Shown: positions 38,085 to 46,168 of the stretch, piece after piece
Layout of the letters: the number at the start of each line of letters is the position of its first letter
Numbering within the stretch: position 1 is the first letter of the stretch
Virus record (IMG/VR): IMGVR_UViG_2936514734_000001
Coordinates: 160,001-224,000 of that record
DNA length: 64,000 nt
Source of the DNA: a virus
Taxonomy: Duplodnaviria; Caudoviricetes
Direction: 5' to 3' (one strand)
Position numbers and translations under genes: made by a program
The notes under the pieces: generated by a model
Databases searched by the model: none
Told to the model about the DNA's origin: nothing
Seen by the model: only the letters and a program-made list of their open reading frames with translations

Positions 38085-38186
38085 TTTCAGAGACTAGGAG
38101 AGGGGATTCACCCGCTTCACCCCCATAGAAAGGGTTCAGTTTAGGCGAATCTGAAAAAGCCCTCCTGAGTCAATCTGAGAAGAATT

Positions 38187-38411
38187 TTATGCTACCTTAT
38201 AGGTGATAGCTTTCTTCTTGTATTCAATCTGTTGCTTCCATCGTTCAACCATCTTGTTGGCAACTTTAACAGCTTTCTTTTCAACATCACCAAAGAGTAC
38301 GTCTACATGTTCTGTACGAACTGTACCTAGACCAAGACCTTCTTCATCTCTGAATGATACGGTAATGCAAGCTGAACGTTTACTATACTTCTCTATGTTT
38401 ACTGTGAACAT
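38187..38411 (-). CDS. hypothetical protein
   Basis: 74 aa, AAGGAGGT RBS. Confidence 0.7.
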   Translation of the reverse strand: MFTVNIEKYSKRSACITVSFRDEEGLGLGTVRTEHVDVLFGDVEKKAVKVANKMVERWKQQIEYKKKAITYKVA

Positions 38412-38420
38412 GGTACCTCC

Positions 38421-38627
38421 TTAGATTGCTTTTTCTTTTAATTCACCTAGACGGCGTTTGCGACTAGACAGTTCTTTCATGTCATCACCGCATTTGCTGT
38501 ATCCTTCCTGGTAACCTCGTGACTTACCTAATTCATACTTGTAGCTACCATATACATAAGCACCAATTAAGAAACTAGCGGCTGATGCCACACCTACTGC
38601 AAGGATTGCGAGAAAGAATTCAAACAT
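38421..38627 (-). CDS. small membrane protein
   Basis: N-terminal TM segment, AGGAGGT RBS. Confidence 0.7.
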   Translation of the reverse strand: MFEFFLAILAVGVASAASFLIGAYVYGSYKYELGKSRGYQEGYSKCGDDMKELSSRKRRLGELKEKAI

Positions 38628-38638
38628 ATGATTACCTC

Positions 38639-38893
38639 CTATATAGTGAACTGAAAGCTTCCGCCTGATGGATCTTCTGCATCAACAGTAGGGGAAGTCA
38701 GTTGTTCCTTAGTCATCCATACTAATGAGTTACCTGTTTCAATCCATTCTTTAGGAACGAACAGTTTTAGGTTCTTGCTATCTACTTCAACAACTGCACG
38801 GTCCTCCACGTCACCTTCAATTAGGTAAGTGAGGTATTGGTTTGTGTCTGATTGGTAACCTGCAACGATTACGTTTGTTTGTATTTCTGTCAT
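38639..38893 (-). CDS. hypothetical protein
   Basis: 84 aa, AAGGAG RBS. Confidence 0.7.
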   Translation of the reverse strand: MTEIQTNVIVAGYQSDTNQYLTYLIEGDVEDRAVVEVDSKNLKLFVPKEWIETGNSLVWMTKEQLTSPTVDAEDPSGGSFQFTI

Positions 38894-38913
38894 GATTCAT
38901 CTCTCCTTAATGT

Positions 38914-39111
38914 TTAATAGTGTTCTGGCATTCCATCTTCATTAGGCATAGCGGTCATGTGGTCCATTGTGCTACATGCATTAACAACTAGTTCGTCATG
39001 TTCAGCACAAAGGATTTCATCGTAATGTACTTCTTTGCAACAACCTTTCCATGCACAAGTGAATGTCATTGTTTCGATTGTCATGATGATTCCTCCTATA
39101 TAGAGATTCAT
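38914..39111 (-). CDS. small Cys/His zinc-finger-like protein
   Basis: C...GC........C..H; AGGAGG RBS before MTIE. Confidence 0.6.
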   Translation of the reverse strand: MNLYIGGIIMTIETMTFTCAWKGCCKEVHYDEILCAEHDELVVNACSTMDHMTAMPNEDGMPEHY

Positions 39112-39136
39112 AAAAGGTGAGGGCGGTAGCCCTCCA

Positions 39137-39319
39137 TTAATGAATAACCGGTTTACCTTGTTCCGCTAGATCCTTAGCAATCTGTAATGCAAAGGATGAT
39201 TTATAAGAACAGCTACCTAATAAAGGTTTAGGGAATCGGAAAAGTTGTCCTGGCTGAATCCCTTCACTGTCTTCTAGTAATTTATCTAAAATAACAAAAG
39301 TGATTTTATCCTCAGTCAT
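39137..39319 (-). CDS. hypothetical protein
   Basis: 60 aa, AGGAGG RBS. Confidence 0.65.
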   Translation of the reverse strand: MTEDKITFVILDKLLEDSEGIQPGQLFRFPKPLLGSCSYKSSFALQIAKDLAEQGKPVIH

Positions 39320-39328
39320 AACATCCTC

Positions 39329-39541
39329 CTATATAGCAGCCCTATATAGTGTTGGATCCATGTAACCTAGTTTCTCTAATTCTCTATAGGCCTGATCCGC
39401 TTCTTCATAGGTACCGTAATATTTTGAAATTCGTTTTAAGTTCATCCAAGTATCATGAGCGGGCGAGTAGAACTGTAATCCTATATAGTGACTCCAGTCA
39501 TTCCGTTTGATAATGGATATTCTCGTTGTATAATCTGTCAC
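39329..39541 (-). CDS. hypothetical protein
   Basis: 70-aa ORF. Confidence 0.55.
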   Translation of the reverse strand: MTDYTTRISIIKRNDWSHYIGLQFYSPAHDTWMNLKRISKYYGTYEEADQAYRELEKLGYMDPTLYRAAI

Positions 39542-39558
39542 GCAACTTCATCTTTCTA

Positions 39559-39795
39559 TTACATCAGCAGTCCCATATTGTAAGTAGGTTGAACATAGGA
39601 AGCTTGCTGTCTACCACTAGGGCGAAGCAAACACTCTCTAAGTAAAATCAATGCATCTACAATAAGGCATCCGACTGACCATATTTGAAAAGGTAATGGT
39701 TGTACTGACCATGTAATAACAGTAAGGGATGTCTCAAGTACCAAGCTTGTACCCATCCAAGTCTTAACCGCTCCTGAAGCTAATATCATAATCAA
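39559..39795 (-). CDS. small hydrophobic protein
   Basis: AGGAGG RBS; two hydrophobic stretches. Confidence 0.55.
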   Translation of the reverse strand: MIMILASGAVKTWMGTSLVLETSLTVITWSVQPLPFQIWSVGCLIVDALILLRECLLRPSGRQQASYVQPTYNMGLLM

Positions 39796-40017
39796 TTCCT
39801 CCTACATTAAAAGGGTTTCTGAGCACAACCTGACCGAACATAACCATAGTCATTGAAAATGTAAATACCCTAAATTAAATTTTCCAAAATGACCATGAGC
39901 GTCGGTAGTCCTAGTTTAAATCGAGGGGAGATTTCAAAAACTAGGCGAGCGTCGGTAGTGCTGCAGATTAAAAAAAGAAACAATCAAAAAAAGTGAGGGC
40001 GTGAGCCCTCTAATAAA

Positions 40018-40497
40018 TTACTTCTGAACAGCTTGTGCAATCTGAGCCAACATCGCCTCCATATTATTCATCTTGTTTTCTAAGTTATCTAGACGTTTAC
40101 TTGTTGTGTCATCCTCTAAAGGAACTTCAACAGGTTGTGGATTAAATAACTGAGATACTTGTTCAGGAGACTGAACTTGTTGAGCGGGTTGTGCCATCAT
40201 AGGTTGTTGCATTGGCATACCCATAGTCATAGGCATAAAAGGGTTCACAGGATCTGGTGCAAAGGCATCACGAATCTTAGAGATGAAAGAACCGCTGTTA
40301 CCTTGATAATGACGTTTCACTACTTGAGCAATCTGACGGTTTTGTTCAGCTTGCATAATACTTTGTAGGTGAGCTTGTTGTGCAGTCTGCATTAACTGTG
40401 TATAGTCGATACCTTTCTCTGTACAAAGCATTTGCGTCATAAGGTTATTTGCAGTACTTGCGATATCTTGTTGCATTTGTCCATATAAGTTATTCAA
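40018..40497 (-). CDS. Gln/Met/Pro-rich protein with C-terminal coiled coil
   Basis: 159 aa, GGGGAG RBS. Confidence 0.7.
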   Translation of the reverse strand: MNNLYGQMQQDIASTANNLMTQMLCTEKGIDYTQLMQTAQQAHLQSIMQAEQNRQIAQVVKRHYQGNSGSFISKIRDAFAPDPVNPFMPMTMGMPMQQPMMAQPAQQVQSPEQVSQLFNPQPVEVPLEDDTTSKRLDNLENKMNNMEAMLAQIAQAVQK

Positions 40498-40558
40498 GTG
40501 AATCTCCCCATTTCATAGTATTGATTAAACAAAAAGAGTGGGGGCGTAAGCCCACCAC

Positions 40559-41062
40559 TTAGTAAACCCAAACATAGTCCTCATTCTGTTTCTGAGTGAC
40601 CTTGCCTTCCTCTATGTACTCATTCAGATTCTCTACATCTATTAAGATGTTCGATACTTCATCAGCTAAGTCCATAGAGATAGTACCTGAATGTGCATTG
40701 TGCTTTAAAACCTGTACGGCAAAGTCTGCTTTATCTCTCCAAGAACCTAGCGGAGCAAAAGCAAACATAGATTGTTCATTAAGCATAATATCTGTAACTT
40801 GAACCTTCTTACCAAGATTGTTGTAGAACTTAATAGTAATTGTTTCATCCAACGTTAAGTGACCAACATTAAATGTAGGAATCTGTTTATCGTCAACAGT
40901 CAAAATACCTTCTACACGATTAAGGCGTTCAAACTTCTGACTTTTTACTTTGTTGTTACGTGGAGTATCTACTGAAGGAATCAGACAAAGAATCCATACA
41001 ATAAACAATCCAACAATTAATACGACACTAGTTGCTAGTAGATAACCATTACCTTGATACAT
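40559..41062 (-). CDS. membrane-anchored hypothetical protein
   Basis: N-terminal TM helix; AAGGAG RBS. Confidence 0.7.
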   Translation of the reverse strand: MYQGNGYLLATSVVLIVGLFIVWILCLIPSVDTPRNNKVKSQKFERLNRVEGILTVDDKQIPTFNVGHLTLDETITIKFYNNLGKKVQVTDIMLNEQSMFAFAPLGSWRDKADFAVQVLKHNAHSGTISMDLADEVSNILIDVENLNEYIEEGKVTQKQNEDYVWVY

Positions 41063-41110
41063 ACACCAATCTCCTTGTTGAGCTTTAAATAAAAAGAGCA
41101 GGGGATAACC

Positions 41111-41470
41111 CTACTCTGATAAACTTTCTACATATTTAAGTACCTGTGCTTTAAGTTCATACTTCAAGTTAATATTGTCATAGTAGGTGATTTCACCAGT
41201 ATCACTATCCACAATCTTATCTTGACCAGGTGTTGCTAAATACAATGTGCCTGGATTGTGCTTTGACTCTCCAATTGTGACACGTACACTACCACATATT
41301 AAGTCTAGAATACAATTACATACGATACCGTATGAACGTTGAAGTTGATTAGCAGGGAATACTTTAATGTTATTTAAACCTAATCCTTTGTTGTAGGGAC
41401 GTGTTGGAACTTTAACTGAACGATACCAAACTTGCTGTTTAATTTGCATATGTGACTCTCTCCTTAACAA
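41111..41470 (-). CDS. hypothetical protein, paralog of the N-domain of 42485..43225 (possibly SpoVG-like fold)
   Basis: Shared WYR, GI..N.IL...GS and Y...I.LK...KAQ.L...E motifs. Confidence 0.65.
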   Translation of the reverse strand: MLRRESHMQIKQQVWYRSVKVPTRPYNKGLGLNNIKVFPANQLQRSYGIVCNCILDLICGSVRVTIGESKHNPGTLYLATPGQDKIVDSDTGEITYYDNINLKYELKAQVLKYVESLSE

Positions 41471-41589
41471 TATAAAATAGAATACAAAAAAGGAGAGGGG
41501 GTTAGCCTCTCGTTATGTTAGCGTTAAGTTTACGCTGATTAGTTAAATTTTCTGCTACAGTCAAGCGGATACATAATAACCGCTCGTCT

Positions 41590-41913
41590 TTAGGAATCTG
41601 CAACCACTCCCGTGTATTGACCATCATTTACACCACTCCCTTGTATAGGTAAAAATCCAATAACTGAGGCATTAGTCTTACCGAATGGGGCTGTGTGTTC
41701 AAAGGTGTGTTCTTTATTATTTACGAGACACGTCCCAATCAGTGTGTATTCATTCGGAAGATTAAATTCGTGAACATCTTTAAAGACAACTTTCTCTGTC
41801 CCGCCATCAAGCCTAGGAACATTCAGCGTCATGTTCTTGATTTGTTTCTCTTTCTTGAGTTGAAGACCATTCCATACGTTGGACATCATTAAGCCTTCAA
41901 ATCCTTTGTCCAT
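41590..41913 (-). CDS. hypothetical protein
   Basis: 107 aa, GAGGTG RBS. Confidence 0.65.
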   Translation of the reverse strand: MDKGFEGLMMSNVWNGLQLKKEKQIKNMTLNVPRLDGGTEKVVFKDVHEFNLPNEYTLIGTCLVNNKEHTFEHTAPFGKTNASVIGFLPIQGSGVNDGQYTGVVADS

Positions 41914-41925
41914 TAAGCAACACCT

Positions 41926-42177
41926 CTACTGTGCATTATTCTTTAAATCTGCAAGGATAAATGACTTAACATTGGTTAAGGCGTCCATCCAATTTTCAAA
42001 TAGCATTTCATGCCTAGGTGCCCTGTCGTAGTTGGTTACTCCTACTCCACGTTGCCCTCTGTATTTGAATGTGTAGTATCTCCAAGTAAAAGACTGGAGT
42101 TGAATATTTCTTTTTTCTTTCTGGATATTTATCATTTCAATTATTTCTTCAAGTTCAATGTCTAGATTTTCTACCAT
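41926..42177 (-). CDS. hypothetical protein
   Basis: 83 aa, TGATG overlap. Confidence 0.65.
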   Translation of the reverse strand: MVENLDIELEEIIEMINIQKEKRNIQLQSFTWRYYTFKYRGQRGVGVTNYDRAPRHEMLFENWMDALTNVKSFILADLKNNAQ

Positions 42178-42425
42178 CAGGCAACACTCCTCATTGCTTC
42201 ATTTACTTTCTTATAGTCAACTCCCATAAGACCTGAAATCAGACGGGAAGCTAAGATACTTGCAGACTTAAGAACCTTAGTTACTCCATTACAGAAATAA
42301 GTAATCTCAACTAAGCCTTCCTCAATTTTTCTTGCTACTACAGCAACTAAACCTTTTGATTCTTCTTTTGCAAGGTAAACTGAATTTTCGTGTGCAGATA
42401 TTTCTAATGTCATGTTGATTCTCAC
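42177..42425 (-). CDS. hypothetical protein
   Basis: 82-aa ORF. Confidence 0.6.
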   Translation of the reverse strand: MRINMTLEISAHENSVYLAKEESKGLVAVVARKIEEGLVEITYFCNGVTKVLKSASILASRLISGLMGVDYKKVNEAMRSVA

Positions 42426-42484
42426 CTTTCGGATAATAGTTTTAGTTTTTGTATATAAAAAAGAGAGTAGGATAACCCACTCTC

Positions 42485-43225
42485 TTAGATTGGTAGTTCG
42501 TCTTCTTGAAGACCTACTACTTCTTTTTGTGCCTCTGTACTTTGTTGGTCTGTTTGCTGACCGCCCATATTCTGAGGTGCAGGAGGCTGATACTGTTGTT
42601 GCGGTTGACCATATTGTGGGAACTGCTGTTGCTGTTGTTGTGGCATACCGAATTGTTGCTGAGGCATACCAAACTGCTGTTGCATTCCCATTGGTTGTTG
42701 CATACCCATACCGTACATAGGTTGTTGACCATACGGCATTTGTGGTTGCATACCAAACTGTTGTTGAGGCATTCCATACATTTGTTGCTGAGGCATTGGC
42801 TGTGGAACTTGTCCAGTTTGCAATGCTTCAAAGAAACGTAGGATTTGTGCCTTAACTTGTGGCTTTAGCATAATGTGCTCCCAATACTGACCTTTCTCTT
42901 TATCAATTTCAGTAGAGATAGTTTGGACAAACGGAGCATTACTCTTAGATAAGCGAATCTGAAACGAAATACTACCTACAACAGATTTAAGGATGCCATT
43001 ACCTAAAATACCGTGAGGTTGCTGATTAGCAGATGCTGGCTTAATTGAGATGTCCTCGATACCAATGTTCATATTGCTAGGTGCAGATGTTACACTGTAC
43101 AAATAACCAGCGTTTTGACGATACCAGAAAGGATTACCGCCTTGTTGATTTTGGTCTTGCGTGATACCTTGTGGAGCTACGTATTCTTGAGTTTGAGTTG
43201 ACATAATTGATTCTCTCCATTTCAA
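42485..43225 (-). CDS. putative single-stranded nucleic-acid-binding protein with a Q/M/G/P low-complexity linker and acidic tail
   Basis: Folded N-domain, QQQFGMPQ repeats, C-terminus EDELPI resembling the SSB tail. Confidence 0.55.
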   Translation of the reverse strand: MKWRESIMSTQTQEYVAPQGITQDQNQQGGNPFWYRQNAGYLYSVTSAPSNMNIGIEDISIKPASANQQPHGILGNGILKSVVGSISFQIRLSKSNAPFVQTISTEIDKEKGQYWEHIMLKPQVKAQILRFFEALQTGQVPQPMPQQQMYGMPQQQFGMQPQMPYGQQPMYGMGMQQPMGMQQQFGMPQQQFGMPQQQQQQFPQYGQPQQQYQPPAPQNMGGQQTDQQSTEAQKEVVGLQEDELPI

Positions 43226-43466
43226 TAGTAAATTTTTAAATCAAAAAGAGTAGGGGAGTTATCCCCTTGAGATTATTACTAAAACTACGGTGTACCGCTA
43301 TCTAGTAGAACGAACAATCTCAAAACAGGTAAAGGTGTTAACCTTCCTTGGCAATGCACCATAAGCGGTCGTTAATCACATATTGCTACAGAACCTATTC
43401 GATAAGGGCGTTAGCCCTTTCCATAAGAGGACACGTCCAGTTACAAATAAGCACTCGTACTTTCTA

Positions 43467-43554
43467 GTGCGTTAGCACGTAGGATAGCGCCCACGTTAGC
43501 CTGAGCGTTAGCGCAGGTTGCGTTAGCAATGGGCGATAGCCCAGGCCGAAGGCC
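43467..43554. repeat. array of abutting mini-hairpins with C-GNNA-G / C-GAA-G loops
   Basis: GTGC-GTTA-GCAC, CCTGAGC-GTTA-GCGCAGG, TTGC-GTTA-GCAA, TGGGC-GATA-GCCCA, GGCC-GAA-GGCC. Confidence 0.75.
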
Positions 43555-43645
43555 CGGGAGTTCTTGTTCTTACATCTACACTCAATAGAATCAAGTGCAC
43601 ATATAAAAACAAAAAGAGCGGGGAAGATCCCCACTCCATTTATCC

Positions 43646-45040
43646 TTAACGTATAACGACTAGATTTTCTATTGCACGAGTTACTACAGTATATAACCAA
43701 CGATTCTGATTCTTGTATCCATCAGCACCGCGTCCAAACACACCACTTTCATCTATAGCATAAACAGTCTTCCACTGTGAACCTTGTGAAGAATGCCCAG
43801 TAATAACATAACCAAGTTGTACTTCATCACCTGGTTGAATTTCTCTTTCACCTTTAGAACGACGTACATAATTCTCTTTTCTTATGTCAGCCATTGTTTT
43901 TCTTTCAAACAAAATATCCTCTTGTACCTCTAAGTAGCGATAGCCTTCAAAAGCATCAGGTGTAAACTTAAAGCGAATAAGACCATTATGCGTTCTTCTT
44001 ACATTTGATACTTTACCACGCATACCATTTGTAACTGCAATCTCACCTTTGTTTCCACCATCAATATTTTCTTTAACAACAATTGTTTCCCCATTCATAA
44101 GAGTAGGGGAGTTAAATCCTAAATGACTACGAATAGCCTGATTTAAATTCTGTCTTGTCTTATTCATACCTGCAATGACAACACCGCCATTTGCAACTAC
44201 TTTTGCATATTGATTAACAGATACCTTACGGCGGTCAATTACATATACTTTCCCACCGATATTTACATCTTTTCTAGGGAAGCGATAAGCTACACCATCT
44301 TCAGTTGCTTTACGGATAGCCATAGATAAAGCAATGATTGGATTGTCAGAAGCTTGACGTAATACTTCAGTAAGAATAGAGTTTGGATTCTTAAAGAAAT
44401 ACTCTTCATCTTTAACAGGTGGTAGCTGCCCTGGATCACCAACAATAATTACTTTGCAACCTGCTTTTCTTGCCATTGGAAGAATCTCATTAGCGGTGCG
44501 ATTACCTACCATTGAACCTTCATCAACAATAACTAATCTAGTACCATTTAAATTATCAGCAGATGGAACGAATATAGTACGTCCAGCCTTTGTTAATTCA
44601 GGAACATAAAATAGTTTATGAAGAGTAGAGCATGAGTAACCCGGTGTCTTTTCTTTTAACACAAGAGAAGCGGTCCCAGTAGGAGCGCATAGACGAACAC
44701 GTTCATTATCAATATCTAATTCCTCTAATATAATATCTACAACAGTAGACTTACCTACGCCTGCATATCCCGCTAATTCATATGTTCCGTATCCTGGCGT
44801 AGAAGAATACCATAGTTTAATATCTCTAATTACAGCATCTTGAGCACTGGTAGGAGTAATTGATCTAGTCTTTTTTCTTTTATTAGGCTTAACAGGTTCA
44901 ACTGTTTGTTCTACTGAGAATAATGGTTTTGAATCTTGAACAATATCATTAGCTTCTTTTATTATAGTAGAGTTTTTCTTAGTATCTTTTTCTGTATCAA
45001 GTAATCTCTTTAATTCTTCTTTAGTAATAGTCGTAGTCAT
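43646..45040 (-). CDS. RecD/Dda-like superfamily 1B helicase
   Basis: GYAGVGKS (Walker A), APTG, VDEGSM (Walker B), GDPGQLPPV, LTEVLRQ, TGHSSQGS, YTVVTRA. Confidence 0.9.
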   Translation of the reverse strand: MTTTITKEELKRLLDTEKDTKKNSTIIKEANDIVQDSKPLFSVEQTVEPVKPNKRKKTRSITPTSAQDAVIRDIKLWYSSTPGYGTYELAGYAGVGKSTVVDIILEELDIDNERVRLCAPTGTASLVLKEKTPGYSCSTLHKLFYVPELTKAGRTIFVPSADNLNGTRLVIVDEGSMVGNRTANEILPMARKAGCKVIIVGDPGQLPPVKDEEYFFKNPNSILTEVLRQASDNPIIALSMAIRKATEDGVAYRFPRKDVNIGGKVYVIDRRKVSVNQYAKVVANGGVVIAGMNKTRQNLNQAIRSHLGFNSPTLMNGETIVVKENIDGGNKGEIAVTNGMRGKVSNVRRTHNGLIRFKFTPDAFEGYRYLEVQEDILFERKTMADIRKENYVRRSKGEREIQPGDEVQLGYVITGHSSQGSQWKTVYAIDESGVFGRGADGYKNQNRWLYTVVTRAIENLVVIR

Positions 45041-45135
45041 TGTAAAATCTCTCCTTATAGTCGGCTTTTTAGTTTTAAGGTTTTAATAAGTAATCTGTCT
45101 ATATAAAAGAAAAAGAACGGGGAATCCCCGCTCTA

Positions 45136-46113
45136 TCAAATAGGTAGAATCATCTCTCCAAGGTCTAGTGTCGGTGCTTCTGGTTGTTGAAGAGGTTCAG
45201 GTTGTTGAACATAAAAATGTGATTGCTCCATAGTCTGAACAGGTTGAACAGGCATAGGTTGCATAGGAACTTGAACAGATTCTACAGCTACAGTTTCTTC
45301 TACATTACCTTCTTCTATAGGAGTTACTTTTACAATCTCTGCATACACCCATGTAAATACAGAGTGCGCCAAGGCTCTTGGATTAGACTGAGTAGAAAGA
45401 GTAACAATCTGATTAGAGTACTTTTCTAGCTCCGCTGTAATTGTTTTGTTGTCTTTGTTTTCAGGAATAGATCCAATTACTACACCATTCTTATAAGCTG
45501 TATAAGTTTTCTTCATAGTGTGTGTATCTAGTTCTACATAGACATCAATCTCTCCACCAGACATAGCTTCATGCTTCATCTGTTGTACAGTAGTTGGGCA
45601 TTTGCTATCCAAGATTCCTTTTCTTGCTACGTTACAATTATCTTTAAAAGGGCATTCATGACAAGGTTTCTGTAATGCAATCTGCATTTCATATAATCGA
45701 TGACTTAATACATGCTCCTGTGGTGCAGGATCTTCAATCACATCATCAATAACTGGCTCGGGCGGAATTAACTTAGCTGGTTCTTGTACTGTCTTAGGTT
45801 GATTAGCTTGTACAGTATCCATTGCTTGCTTTACTAGTTCAGGCATCATTTCTGCTACCTTCTTCTGAACTAGTTCATTAATATCTACTTCTGGTGCAGC
45901 GGGTTGTTGTACAGCAGGTTCTACTGGAATAGATTGCTGTGTTTTTAATAATTGAACAAAGCCTTTTTGTAGTGCATCTGTTTGTTTAAGAATAGCTTCT
46001 GTTTGGCTGTTTAGTGCTTCTTTATATAAGTTAAATAGATCAATATTATTTGTCATTTGTAGTTCTCTCTCCTCATATTTCATGATAAAATAAGAGGGTA
46101 GTGCTGGTAACAC
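45136..46113 (-). CDS. hypothetical protein with a Cys cluster and Pro/Gln-rich linkers
   Basis: CHECPF..NC..........CP; start probably MTNN. Confidence 0.7.
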   Translation of the reverse strand: MLPALPSYFIMKYEERELQMTNNIDLFNLYKEALNSQTEAILKQTDALQKGFVQLLKTQQSIPVEPAVQQPAAPEVDINELVQKKVAEMMPELVKQAMDTVQANQPKTVQEPAKLIPPEPVIDDVIEDPAPQEHVLSHRLYEMQIALQKPCHECPFKDNCNVARKGILDSKCPTTVQQMKHEAMSGGEIDVYVELDTHTMKKTYTAYKNGVVIGSIPENKDNKTITAELEKYSNQIVTLSTQSNPRALAHSVFTWVYAEIVKVTPIEEGNVEETVAVESVQVPMQPMPVQPVQTMEQSHFYVQQPEPLQQPEAPTLDLGEMILPI

Positions 46114-46168
46114 TACCCTGGATTTGTTAGAGCTGGAACTCTAACTATAATTCAACTTTTTCTTAGAA

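Noticed and set aside
43464-43700. 78-aa ORF
   Set aside because: It overlaps the helicase 3' end and the hairpin array and has no RBS; the region is better explained as structured non-coding DNA.
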